From NCBI GenBank assembly GCA_963749495.1, contig CAVVMW010000004.1:128001-192000 (forward strand): a stretch of DNA of 64,000 nt, given 5' to 3'. Shown here one piece after another: positions 52,437 through 63,071 of this stretch. Positions within the stretch are counted from its first letter, which is position 1. The number at the start of each line of letters is the position of its first letter. The translations under genes and the position numbers were made by a program. The notes beneath the pieces are model-generated. The model made no database searches. It had not been told where the DNA came from and was given only the letters and a program-made list of their open reading frames with translations. Origin of the DNA: an uncultured bacterium (GTDB lineage: Bacteria; Verrucomicrobiota; Verrucomicrobiia; Limisphaerales; UBA8199).

Positions 52437-53876
52437 ATGATTGATCCCATTCACACGCCTTCTTCACGTTGCGAGTTTCTCAAGAACACCGGCCGTTTGG
52501 CGGCCGTTTCAGCGTTGGCCGGCGTCGCCCTTCCCCAGGTACACGCTGCCGGCAGCGATGGGCTGCAGGTGGTCCTGGTCGGGTGCGGCGGGCGCGGCAG
52601 CGGGGCCGCCTCCCAGGCCCTCTCCACGCAAAGCGGCCCGATCAAGCTCGTCGCCATGGCCGATGTCTTCGAGGACCGGCTGCGGGGCAGTTACGACCAA
52701 CTCATTAAACGCCATAAGGAGAGCATGGACGTGCCGGAGGACCGGAAGTTCATCGGGTTCGATGCCTACCAGAAGGCCATGGATTGCCTGAGACCCGGGG
52801 ACATTGCCATTTTCGCCACGCCGCCCGCCTTCCGCTGGGTCCACTTCGGTTATGCCATCCAGAAGGGCCTCAATGTCTTCATGGAGAAACCGGTGACCGT
52901 GGACGCCCCGACCACGCGGAAGCTCCTGGTCCTGGCCGAGGAATCGGAAAAGAAAAACCTCAAGGTCGGCGTCGGCCTCATGATCCGCCACTGCAAGGCC
53001 CGCCGGGAACTCCACCAACGCATCCAGGACGGCCAGATCGGCCAGCTCATGCTCATGCGCGCCTACCGGATGGACAGAGCCAGCGCCACAGCCGGGCCCA
53101 AGCCCGCCGACCTCTCCGAGACGCTCTACCAGATCCGCCGCTTCCACAGTTTCCTCTGGGCCAGCGGCGGCATCTTCAGCGATTACAACATCCACCAGAT
53201 CGACGAGTGCTGCTGGATGAAAAATGCCTGGCCGGTCCGCGCCCATGCCACCGGCGGACGCCACTACCGCGGGCGCTCCCTGGACCAGAATTTCGACAAC
53301 TACAACGTCGAATACACCTTCGCCGACGGCACGAAACTCTACTTCGTTGGCCGGGCCGAAGACGGCTGCCACGATGAATTCGCCAGCTACGCCCACGGCA
53401 CCCAGGGCAGTGCCGTCATTACCACAGCCAGCCATTGCCCCGGCCGATGCCGGCTCTTCAAGGGGCAGAATATCACGCGCGCCGACATGACCTGGGCATT
53501 CCCGCAGCCGGAGCCCGACCCTTACCAATTGGAGTGGGACGAGCTGGTCAGCGCCGTCCGTGAGGACAAGCCTTACAACGAGGCCCGGCGCGGCGCCACC
53601 GCCAGCCTGGTCACTTCCATGGGCCGCATGGCCGCCCATACCGGCCAGGTCATCGCCTACGACAACATGCTCGGCTGCCAGCACGAGTTCGCCCCGGACG
53701 TGGACAAACTCACCATGGCTTCAGCGGCCCCGCTCCAACTGGGCCCCGACGGCAAGTATCCCCTCCCTGAGCCGGGCATCAAGAAGGACCGCGAGTACCT
53801 AAATTCGAAATCCGAAATCCGAAACAAATTCAAAATGACCCGAGAATCAAACCCAATCGCCTGTGGGCTGGGCTGA
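52437..53876 (+). CDS. Gfo/Idh/MocA oxidoreductase with Tat-like leader
   Basis: SRCEFLK leader, GCGGRG, MEKP and HQID. The C-terminal tail reads through an aatccga repeat. Confidence 0.9.
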   Translation: MIDPIHTPSSRCEFLKNTGRLAAVSALAGVALPQVHAAGSDGLQVVLVGCGGRGSGAASQALSTQSGPIKLVAMADVFEDRLRGSYDQLIKRHKESMDVPEDRKFIGFDAYQKAMDCLRPGDIAIFATPPAFRWVHFGYAIQKGLNVFMEKPVTVDAPTTRKLLVLAEESEKKNLKVGVGLMIRHCKARRELHQRIQDGQIGQLMLMRAYRMDRASATAGPKPADLSETLYQIRRFHSFLWASGGIFSDYNIHQIDECCWMKNAWPVRAHATGGRHYRGRSLDQNFDNYNVEYTFADGTKLYFVGRAEDGCHDEFASYAHGTQGSAVITTASHCPGRCRLFKGQNITRADMTWAFPQPEPDPYQLEWDELVSAVREDKPYNEARRGATASLVTSMGRMAAHTGQVIAYDNMLGCQHEFAPDVDKLTMASAAPLQLGPDGKYPLPEPGIKKDREYLNSKSEIRNKFKMTRESNPIACGLG

Positions 53877-54778
53877 AGGCTCTGCTGCCTGGCGGTCGGG
53901 GCGTTCCGGGCCGTCCTGGCGAATCATGACGACCTGGCTCGGGAGAGGCAGGTCGATGCCCGCCTTGCGGAATCGCTTGCTGGCCTCTTCGAGCATGGCG
54001 GACTTGAGGTTGAAGGCGTCGTCGGCATTGGCGCACCAGGCGCTGAGCGTGAGGACGACGCCGGCAGAGCCACCTCGGTGACCGGGCAGCCGCAAACGCT
54101 CTGGGCCTTGGGATCGTGCCGGGCCAGGTCCAGGAGGATGCCGCGCGCCTGGTCGATGTCCGCCTCGCACCCGATGCCCACGGGCACCGAGCAGAGCACG
54201 CGAGGGTCGTCGCCGGTCAGGTTGACAGTGATCTGGGTGGCGATGACGCTGTTGGGGATTACGATGTGCCGGTTGTCGTCTGTCTTGAGGACCGTGTAAC
54301 CGAGATTGACGCTCTCGACTTCGCCCGTTTCCAGGCCGGTGGGGGCGGTGACGTGAAGGCGGTCGCCCACCTTGAAGGGCCGGTAGAGCACGAGGGAAAA
54401 GCCGGCAATGAGGTTGCTCAGGGTGCTTTGGGCCGCCAACCCGATGACGGCGGAGATGACGGTGGCGCCGGTGAGCCAGGCCCCGCCCAGGCCCTTGAGG
54501 GCCGGAACCACGTGCGTGTAGGAGATGAAGGCGAAGAGATAGACGCCGATTTGCGCCACTTGCCCCAGGAACTTGACCGTGGTCCGGTCAACCAGGGCGC
54601 GTTTGTCATAGGCCAGGACGCGCTGGATGGCCAGGCGCACAGCCCAACCGGCCAGCCAGGCCAGGAGCCCGAAGACCAGCGCATAGAGCACGGCCCCCAC
54701 CGGGGTCTCGGTGCTGGCAAAGCCCCCGTTCTCGAACTGCTCTAAGATAGCGCTCTTGAAGTGCTCTAATGTCGTCAT
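53847..54778 (-). CDS. MscS mechanosensitive channel, frameshift about 54065
   Basis: GLAAQ.TLSN..AG, RPFKVGD and IPNS, with the C-terminus ...F.KAGIDLP in the next frame. Confidence 0.88.
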
Positions 54779-54800
54779 CCGGATGCCGGCTCCGGATCTC

Positions 54801-55315
54801 TCAATTAGGTGAGGTCGCGGCAACCGTCATCCTGGCCCCGGCAGGCAGCTTCAGTTTCATGCCGACCAACAACCGGTCGTTCTTCAGACCGTTGGCCGCC
54901 CGGATCGCCTGGGCCGTGGTTCCGTGAGCTTTGGCAATATGTTGGACAGTATCGCCTGACTTGACCACGCAAATCAAGTCGCCGCTGGCGGCTGAGGAGA
55001 GGGCGCCGCCGACGGAGGGCAAGGCCGGGCGCGGCGCGCCCGCCGCCGCCACGGGGGCTGCCGGCGGATTGGATGGCGGCCGCTCCAGCGCGGCCGAGCA
55101 GGCCCGGCCCCCGGGGCAGCCGGCTCGGTTGCCGCATTCTCCGAGGAGGTGTTGGAGGGGCCGTCGCTCTTGCAGCCTTGGAACAGCATTGCCAGGAGCA
55201 GCAGCGCGTGCGCGGTGAGGACCGCATAGACAGCGAGCTTGAACCGGTTCCGGCTCCTTCGCTGGCGTTGCGCGATGAGCGAACCCGCGGGGACGAACGG
55301 ATTCGGCTTGCTCAT
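54801..55315 (-). CDS. LysM domain protein, frameshifted
   Basis: TM ending LFQGCK and C-terminal VKSGDT...IA...AIRAANGL. Confidence 0.8.
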
Positions 55316-55347
55316 AGGCTCTGGCACATTTCTAACTTCAGGCGAAT

Positions 55348-55363
55348 AGCACTGGCAATGCCA
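55348..55363 (-). promoter_or_regulatory. Candidate sigma-54 promoter of the LysM gene
   Basis: TGGCATTGCCAGTGCT fits GG-N10-GC, about 32 nt before the ATG. Confidence 0.45.
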
Positions 55364-55798
55364 AAACCTGCGCCGAACCGCCAGAATGGCGGCGATCCAG
55401 GAAAAACCCCCGGCCTCCCCTCGGGCCTGGGCGCGCGGCCCTCCGCAGAAGTTCGCCGCCGTGCAATTCCTGCGCCCATCCGCCCTCGCACGTGCAACCC
55501 ACTGAGCCGCACGAGTGTCACGCCTCGAGACACGGAAAGCTCAATCAATGTGGACTTCCCAGCTCATGGTCGAGGCCGGCGAATGCGTTGCGGAAGACGC
55601 TGTTCATCCAGGGTGAGTCCAAGCGCATCCTTCTCGGGCGCGGCCAAACTGGCCAGGCGCTCGTGGAGCTGCAGCACAAAACACCCGTCTGCTATATCGG
55701 GCGATACGAGATGCGGTGAGAAGTGCCAGCCAAGGGATAACTTCCTTGTCCCGGCGGAACGGGCGCATCTTGACAGCACCACCGCACGGCGCCGCGGC

Positions 55799-55902
55799 GG
55801 AACGCCGCCTTCAGGCGGCAGCAGCGCCGGAATTAGCTGCAACACCGATAATTCCAATATCTCTCTTGTCTCCACGCCTCTGCCGCCTGAAGGCGGCGTT
55901 CC
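55799..55902. repeat. Palindromic REP-like element
   Basis: ggaacgccgccttcaggcggcag / ctgccgcctgaaggcggcgttcc. Confidence 0.85.
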
Positions 55903-56226
55903 TCTGCGGTGTCGGTGCTGTCAAGGTGCGCCCCGGCGGAACGGTCTCTTTTGTCCCTGCGGGGTGGGGCCACTGTTGATCCAAAGGCCAGAAAGGGCGG
56001 GGCGCCATAAGGTCCCGGCCTTACAGACCGGGGTTTTTCGAGGGGCGCTGGCTAACCGGGGCCTCCGCTCCGCTCCAGCCCGGGCTATCATATAACGGGC
56101 CTTCGGCCCTGGGGCGCTTCCCGACACTCCCCCGGAGTAACCCCAAGGACGGGCACACTCCCACCTCGCCGATGCCGCTGGGGGCGGTGTCGGGGATGCG
56201 CCCGCCAGGGCCTGGTGAGGGCGCAT

Positions 56227-57161
56227 TCAAGCGCCACAGCACTTTTTGAACTTCTTGCCGCTGCCGCACGGGCAAGGATCGTTGCGGGCGGTCTTGCGCG
56301 CTCTGGACTCAAGTCGGGCCTCCAGGCGCTTTATTTGGAGTTTGGCCTGCGCCAAGTAGTGGCGAGCGTAAAGCGATCGCATAATCCCGTGGTGCAATTC
56401 CAGTCGTGGGTCCAGCGTGGGATATGCCGTCTTGAGCGATCCCAGCAGTTGCCCAGTCGGCGGCGTCCCGGCGGGTCCCGGTGCCAATTGGCGGACGGCT
56501 TGGGAGCGGTAATCGTAGCGGATGGCGGGCGCGTCTCGCAGCGAGGTGGTCTTCCTGCCGGCTGCATCTTTCAACTGGAGAAACGAAAAGACGAGATCCG
56601 TACAGCCGCACCCCGGTTGGACGCAGGTACCTGCTCGTCGGCGGCCCAGGCCGCGTTCTCGAATGTAAAGTTCAAGGAAAGGCCTAACGGAAAAACCTCT
56701 ATGAACGGGATCATGTGCCCGTCGTCGGCGCTTGGCAGGTCGGCAATATCTATTTCGTCGACCTCAGCCGTTTCGATGGCCTGGGTCTTGGCAGTCCAGA
56801 ACCAGCGGTGGAGATCCTCCCAAGCCGTCTCGCCCAGCCGCGAACTGACGAGTTCGGCCAGGCGCAATGTCTCCGCGTCGGCCTGCAATTCCGGGGTCAT
56901 CTCCAGGACTCTGTTCCCCACGTCGAGCCAGAACCAACGGAGCAAACCTGGAGAGGCGGAGCCATCCGGCAATAGCGGCGAGCAGTGAGTGCAAACAGAA
57001 CGGCCACCGCACCTCGGGGTTGCACAAACCCGAAACACCGCCGCGTACGTGACAGTGGCCTCCTTGGCCTTATCGAATACTTCGAACTTGAGGCGAGGCT
57101 CCGGCTCGCCGCCGCCCGTTGGTTGACTCCAGGTCAGATCGAATTTGTGCTCGCGGATCAT
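56227..57161 (-). CDS. SEC-C motif protein, frameshift about 56630
   Basis: C-terminal RNDPCPCGSGKKFKKCC and internal C..P.C.C motifs. Confidence 0.8.
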
Positions 57162-57370
57162 CGTCCCTGTAGCGCCAATCCGTCATGCACCTTTTTCAGC
57201 GCGGTGGCGCCGGTCTTGCCGCCGGAATCCATGGCGGACATGCGCCGATCCAAGTCCGCCTGGTATCCGGGATCCTCGGCGCGGTTCAAATGGGCGATGA
57301 GGGCGGCCACCTCCAATCGCTCTTCCACGATCATCCCGGCGATGGACCCTTTGACTTCAGCTAAGCTCAT
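57158..57370 (-). CDS. Small protein, possible addiction-module antitoxin
   Basis: 70 aa MSLAEVK...EERLEVAA...DLDRR. Confidence 0.55.
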   Translation of the reverse strand: MSLAEVKGSIAGMIVEERLEVAALIAHLNRAEDPGYQADLDRRMSAMDSGGKTGATALKKVHDGLALQGR

Positions 57371-57499
57371 GAAGTGACCCTATCTGCCCGGAACCCAAAA
57401 CGCAAAAAGAAATGGCCCGGGGGGGGTGGGGCGTGGGCGCATCTGAGATGTGCCACCCCACGTACAGAAATTCCTGACATGGCTCTGGGCCGCCAGTTT

Positions 57500-57724
57500 C
57501 ACCCCGGAGGGATGGAAGATGGTAGCCGGGGGTCGAAGCGAAGCAAGACCCCCGGTTCGGCGCAGGGGTGCGCCTGCATCCCGGAGGGATGCCAGAAACG
57601 GGCGCACCGAACGCCGTGCGGTCTTCTGGCACCCCGTTCCGGGGTGCAGGACCCTTTAGACCGTCAACCGGGGGTCGCGACGGTGTCGCGACCCCCGGCT
57701 ACCCTCTAGCAACCCTCCGGGTTG
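57500..57724. repeat. Nested-palindrome REP/MITE-like element
   Basis: accccggaggg...ggtagccgggggtcg / cgacccccggctacc...ccctccgggtt, with inner tgccagaa / ttctggca. Confidence 0.8.
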
Positions 57725-58032
57725 CAGCGCATGCGCGCAGCCTTGGGTTGCGTCTCCAACTCCTGCGCCTGTGGGGGGCGGTCCCGACACTGCCCCCGCG
57801 ATGTGCCGCTCCTCGGGCTGAGAGCCGAAATGGGAGAGCCTGGGCTAGAGCCGGTGTCGCTGACGCAGGGCCTCGGCCAATTCGGGCATCCCGTTGGAGC
57901 TGGCGCAGGATGCGAGCGCCCGCGGGTTCAACTGGCCGGGTGAAGTGCAGACGCGCTTCTTAAAGATTTGCAGCGCCTGTTCCATCGCCAACGCCGCGAT
58001 TACGACCACCTTCGGCCTCTGGTTCGAGGGTT

Positions 58033-58374
58033 TCACTTCCGGTTGTAATCGTCCTCGACTCGGACAACATCATCGAGGTGCGGAGTGCTGACCTCGATAA
58101 ACCGCACATCTTCAATCGCGGTGGTGCGGTGCTTTCGTCCCGGTTTGTTCTCGACCACGTCACCGGCCTTGAGCAGGAGCTTTTCCATTTGCCCTTGGTC
58201 ATTCTCCCATTCCATTTCCGCCACGCCGCGGTCCACGTAAATGTGCTCGTGCTTCACTTTGTGGTATTGGAGGCTGGAACGGCTTCCCTTTTTGAACTCG
58301 ATGATCTTAAGGGCATACTCTGCGGTGACGGCGACCCAGATTTCGCGGCCCCAGGGTTTTTCAACGATTTTCAT
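58033..58374 (-). CDS. Cupin, mannose-6-phosphate isomerase-like
   Basis: KPWG.E, SLQYH..K.E and EVSTP...DVVR..DDY. Confidence 0.88.
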   Translation of the reverse strand: MKIVEKPWGREIWVAVTAEYALKIIEFKKGSRSSLQYHKVKHEHIYVDRGVAEMEWENDQGQMEKLLLKAGDVVENKPGRKHRTTAIEDVRFIEVSTPHLDDVVRVEDDYNRK

Positions 58375-58510
58375 GCTTGAGTCCCGCTCATCCTGAACCG
58401 CAGGGTGGCAGAGGGGGATAAGCGTGTCAAGCCGCAGGCACTGTCCACGGCCTTCATGCGCCGGCCGAGGTCAGCGGCCGGAATAGTGAATTCGGGTGGC
58501 CTGCGCGCTT

Positions 58511-59974
58511 TCACCTGGGGAGGAAGAAAGTTGTGATTTTGGGCAGGCCCACAGAACCCTCTTGCTCGAAGGTGAGGCTGAATTCGCGTGCCGGCAGGTT
58601 GGGCCCGAACCTCGGCGCGCCAAGCCTTCCAGGGGCAGGGCCAGTTCGCGTGGTCTGACCAGACCGAATCGAGCTGGACGGGTTGACCGGCAAAGGCTGC
58701 TCTTGGCGTGGCCTGCGCGGGGCTGCCGACAAGCAGGAGCATTCCGCCTGAGCGCGTGGCGGGCAGGCGGCCCTGCGCGACAACTTGGACAGGGGAGTAG
58801 GCTGGTGGCAGCGCCGGCGAAGGATCGGAGGTCACTGACAGGCGCAGCCGTCCGAGGCTGTGGCCGCGTTCCCCTTGCGTGAGGTTGAACGTCAAGGTGG
58901 CGCCGTCCGGATGGGAAAGCGGTTGGGCGAGGTCAAACACGGCCGCATGGGCGGCGCCGGTCTGGGGGAAGATGGACCATCCCGTAACGAGATTCGAATC
59001 AATGGCGGCGCCGACAGGCCAGCCGCCGTGGCTGGACTGGGAAAAGTCGGCCCGCGCGGCGCTAAACTTGATCTCTGTCCTTTCGCCCGGCCTGGCCGCA
59101 GGCTCGACCAGCAGGTGGAAATCGACGAGCGCGAAGTTGCCGTTTACGGCCCGGCCCGGGCCATGTTCAGGCAGCGAGTCGTCGAGCAATGTTTCCAGCA
59201 TCACTGCTGTAATGGGCGCGGCGCCGGGTTGGGCCGTCACCGTATAAACATCGCCATCGGCATTTTCGCCGCCGGAGAGGATTGAGTGATCCCCGAGAAT
59301 GAAGCGCGTATTGCTGAAACAGCCGGAGTTGGTTTTGAGCAGCGCGACAAAGTCGGCCAACGCCCTTCGTTCCGGCGGCGACAGCCATGCGGTATCTGTC
59401 CAGACCTGGGCCAACAGGCTGCCGCGGCCCAGGTCCATAATCAGGCCCTCCTGCCAGCGGGCTTTGCCGATGCAACTGTTCCACGGCCAATCGGAGAGCC
59501 AGACGCCTAGGGAATCCAGCCCGCCAATGAGCCGTCATCGGACCTGACCCGGAGTGTCGCCTGGTCTTCGCTCGCCGAGACTGCGTCCGTGCCGGCGAGC
59601 TTCAGCGAGACCTTCCGGGCCTGTTCGGGTCGCTCTCCCACCTCGACTTCGATCTCGCTGCCGCCGTCCAACTTGAGGCAAGCGCCCGAAAGACGGTTTT
59701 GCCACTCGCTCGGCGCGAGCGAGTGAGGTTGAAGCGAGAAGGCGAGTGCGGCCGAGCGGAGTTGGAGCGTGTCAGCGGCTGCGGCACACAGGGGCGTGGC
59801 CGGCACGAGGAGCCACCAGGCGGCAGTGATGCAGACAGGCCGCGCAAGGAGCAAAAGGCCCGCCCGGAGTGCCCCCCGCGTGCTGGCAAGAGGGTGCGAC
59901 TGTTGGGAAGGTGGACGCGAACCGAGGCCGAGGGTCGCTGCTTTCGCGGTGGAGGATTGGATCCGGGCCAGCAT
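58511..59974 (-). pseudogene. Fragmented secreted carbohydrate-active-like protein
   Basis: Signal plus N-terminal beta domain stops at 59507. Other frames give a helical C-terminal piece, a beta-sandwich domain and a tail. Confidence 0.5.
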
Positions 59975-60154
59975 GTTCCAAACGAATGCCAGCAGGCCCG
60001 AGCGCGTGCAAGCAGAATTCCCACCTGTAGGGTGCGGGAGAGCCAAGCCACGATTCGGGTTGAGGGGTTGGCCGCAGGCACCACGGTGAGCGTGGTGGAC
60101 GAGGATCGCACACTGCAGGCGCAGGACGGTGCTATTGGCTGAGGTCGCCGTCGA

Positions 60155-62539
60155 TCATCTTGGTTTGGGGAGCGCTTTGATGCGGAGGGGTTCTGCGGAA
60201 AGCCCAGGCGAGGAGGCACGCACGGCAATGTTGCCGGGGCGGCCATCGCTTTGGACAATGCCCAGCAGCAAGCCGTTGAAGGCCTTCATCTGGCCGGCCC
60301 TGGGGTTCTCGTGGCTGGCCGGGTCGCCGGAACAAAGGCCCAGAAGCCGACCCCGCCCTTCGATGTCTGCCGCGACAAGGTTGTCCGCCACGGGGACAAC
60401 GTTGCCTTGGCCATCGAGGAGCCTGACCGTGACGAAGCTCAGGTCACAGCCGTCGGCCGCGATGGCATTCCGATCGGCCAGGAGTTGGATTCGAGCCGGC
60501 GCCCCGGCAGTTTTGATTTCGTCGGCGCAAACGACTTTTCCATTCTTGAGAGCGCGGGCCGACAAGGTGCCGGGCTGATAAGGGACCTTCCACGCAAGAT
60601 GCGTCAGTGGCTGGCAGGGCTTGGCGCCGAGCGACTTGCCATTGAGGAAAAGCTCGACGGCCTCGCAGTTGCTGTAGCACCACACCTCGATGTCCTGGCC
60701 TTCCTTGCCGGGCCAAGTCCAGTGCGGGAAGAGGTGCACCATGGGGTTGGTGGTCCATTCCTGGAGGTAATAGAAATAGGCGTCGTTGGGGAAGCGGCAG
60801 CGGTCCAGCACGCCAAACTGGCTGGTGACCATGGGCCAGCCGCAGGTCTCGCCCCCGTAATCAATCCCCGACCACATTGCCCCGCCGGCCAGCCAGGGCC
60901 GCTGGGCGATATGAGACCACTCGGCTTCGTGGGAGCGGCAAAGGTCATAGGTGCTGAAATACTGGCCGGCGTTGGTGACGGTGCGTCCATCGCCCAACTT
61001 TTCAGTGGTGACGCGAGCCAGGATCTTCTCCTCGTAAACGCCACGCGCGCCCCGGCCCGAGGAGAATTCGCTCACCAGCATCTTGCGCTGTGGGTAGAGT
61101 TGATGGTCACGGTCATCAATTCCCATACCCCCGCCGTTATAGCCCATGATGTCGGTGACCAAAGCAAAGCCGTTGGCATTGGCGTCGGCATTGCCCTCGC
61201 AGGCGAAGGCGCTCGGGCGAGTGGGGTCTTCCTCGTGGGCCACTTGGTTGAGTTCCTTCAGGGACTGGGTCTCGCGGTCGTCCTTGCTGCCGGCGGTGTT
61301 GGCCAGGGACCAGCAGATAATGCTGGGGTGGTTGCGGTCGCGCCGGATCAGGTCCCGGAGCGGCGGCGCGGCCGCGTTGGAAGGCCCCAGGTAACGCGTT
61401 TCGGCCCAAACCAGCAGGCCCAACCGGTCGCAGGCCTCCAGGAGAGACGGGGCCGGGTCATTGTGCGCCGATTTCAGGAAGTTGCAGCCCATCTGTTTCA
61501 TGATCTCGACGGTCTTTTCGTTGGCCCGGTCCGGCAGGGCGACACCCAGCCCGCCGAAATCGTGGTGGATGCACATGCCGCGCAATTGCAGGTGCCTGCC
61601 GTTGAGAACGAATCCCCGGTCGGCCATAAACTCGAACCAGCGCACGCCAAAGGGGGTTTCGCAAACGTCCACCGTCTTTCCTGCGACAATGACCTCGCTC
61701 CGCGCCCGGTACAAGTACGGGGTGTCGGGCGACCAAAGGTGCGGGTTGGCAATGGCCGCTTCCTGCGTGATGTCCTGTGAGGAGTTCGCGCCAACGGTGG
61801 CCTCGCTGTGCATCGTGCCCACCGTTTGTCCCCGGGCATCCAGGAGACGGGTTTTGAGTCGGCAACTCTGATCGGCCGCAGTATCGTTCTGGACGGTGAT
61901 TCTGACCCGCACGACTGCCCCCGTAGCGGAGACCTGCGGCGTGGTGACGAAGGTGCCCCAATTGGCCACGTGGATTTTATCGGTGGTGATCAGCCAGGCG
62001 TGCCGGTAGATCCCACAGCCCTCGTACCACCACCCTTCGCCTTCGCGGCCATCAACCCGGACGGCGAGGAGATTGAGGTGCCCATCACAATGGACGTACG
62101 GCGTGATGTCATAAATCACACCCGTGTAGCCCGAACGATGGGTGCCGGCCTTCTGACCATTGACCCAGAGCGTGCTGTTCCGATATACGCCTTCGAACTC
62201 AAGATAGACCTGTCGCCTTGCGAAGGACGAATCCAGTTCGAGATGCCTCCGATACCACCCAATACCCCTCGGATAAAAGCCGTTGTACCGCGGATTGGCC
62301 TCGCTTATTGGCTGATCCACCGTCCAGTCGTGCGGCAACTCGATTTTCTGCCAGCGGCGGTCATCAAAACTGGTTTGCTCGGCCCCGGCCGGGTCCCCCT
62401 CCAGAAAGGTCCACCGGGAATCAAGCTTCATCCTGGTTCCGGCGGGCGGTTCAGTATTGCCGGTCGCGACACCGCTCACGAGAGCGCCCAGCAGCAGGAG
62501 GATTCTCACGGTTCTTGGATTGGCCATAACGCCGAGCAT
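60155..62539 (-). CDS. GH2 beta-galactosidase-like glycoside hydrolase
   Basis: LPHDW, FEGVY, HHD.G.LG.A, RDRNHPSII.WS.AN and DY.GE. Confidence 0.93.
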   Translation of the reverse strand: MLGVMANPRTVRILLLLGALVSGVATGNTEPPAGTRMKLDSRWTFLEGDPAGAEQTSFDDRRWQKIELPHDWTVDQPISEANPRYNGFYPRGIGWYRRHLELDSSFARRQVYLEFEGVYRNSTLWVNGQKAGTHRSGYTGVIYDITPYVHCDGHLNLLAVRVDGREGEGWWYEGCGIYRHAWLITTDKIHVANWGTFVTTPQVSATGAVVRVRITVQNDTAADQSCRLKTRLLDARGQTVGTMHSEATVGANSSQDITQEAAIANPHLWSPDTPYLYRARSEVIVAGKTVDVCETPFGVRWFEFMADRGFVLNGRHLQLRGMCIHHDFGGLGVALPDRANEKTVEIMKQMGCNFLKSAHNDPAPSLLEACDRLGLLVWAETRYLGPSNAAAPPLRDLIRRDRNHPSIICWSLANTAGSKDDRETQSLKELNQVAHEEDPTRPSAFACEGNADANANGFALVTDIMGYNGGGMGIDDRDHQLYPQRKMLVSEFSSGRGARGVYEEKILARVTTEKLGDGRTVTNAGQYFSTYDLCRSHEAEWSHIAQRPWLAGGAMWSGIDYGGETCGWPMVTSQFGVLDRCRFPNDAYFYYLQEWTTNPMVHLFPHWTWPGKEGQDIEVWCYSNCEAVELFLNGKSLGAKPCQPLTHLAWKVPYQPGTLSARALKNGKVVCADEIKTAGAPARIQLLADRNAIAADGCDLSFVTVRLLDGQGNVVPVADNLVAADIEGRGRLLGLCSGDPASHENPRAGQMKAFNGLLLGIVQSDGRPGNIAVRASSPGLSAEPLRIKALPKPR

Positions 62540-62739
62540 TCAGGCAGAAAAGGCGGCGTCGTTCAAGCTCGTGGTGCAAATGGTCTCCACCACGGGTCAA
62601 CCATCTCAGAAACCCGCCGCGCGGGACCACCGCGGCATGACGCGAGGAACTCGGTGCTGCCAAGACCCCAGCGGGAAGGCCAACGCCGAGCCCTGCCTGT
62701 AACGCAAAAAAGGGACGTGCCCGGAGACCCTCTTGTTGG

Positions 62740-63004
62740 TATTTTCTTCGTGCACCTGCGTGATGTCGAAGGAAACAAGGAGCACTTCCGAGAAGTCTTC
62801 CACGACAACTGCCAAGCGGACATGGCGCGAATGCTCAAAATCTATGGTGAATGCGGCTACGATCTGCCGATGCGGCCCGACCATGCCCCTATGATGGAGG
62901 GCGACGGAGCCAACCAGGCGAGCGGCTACGGCGTCGTCGGCAAGGTCCTCGCCTTCGGCTACATGATGGGCCTCATGAAGGCCCAGAAGATCGTCTATAC
63001 GTGA
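62740..63004 (+). pseudogene. uxuA: Mannonate dehydratase 3' fragment
   Basis: IFFVHLRDV, MRPDHAP and G...A.GYM.GL, with no N-terminal part upstream. Confidence 0.8.
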
Positions 63005-63071
63005 GGTCTGAGCGCAAACCGAGTTGCGCCTCGAATTGACACCAAAAAACCAGACCCTTATGCTTGCCGAA

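Noticed and set aside
55492..55719. Possible regulator or antitoxin gene remnant
   Set aside because: Only the last part looks protein-like, and I cannot assign a family.
5097..57161. Programmed frameshifting or mass pseudogenisation in about a dozen genes
   Set aside because: Single indels hit unrelated, otherwise intact genes, often in G/C runs. Sequencing error is more likely, but reads are needed to confirm.
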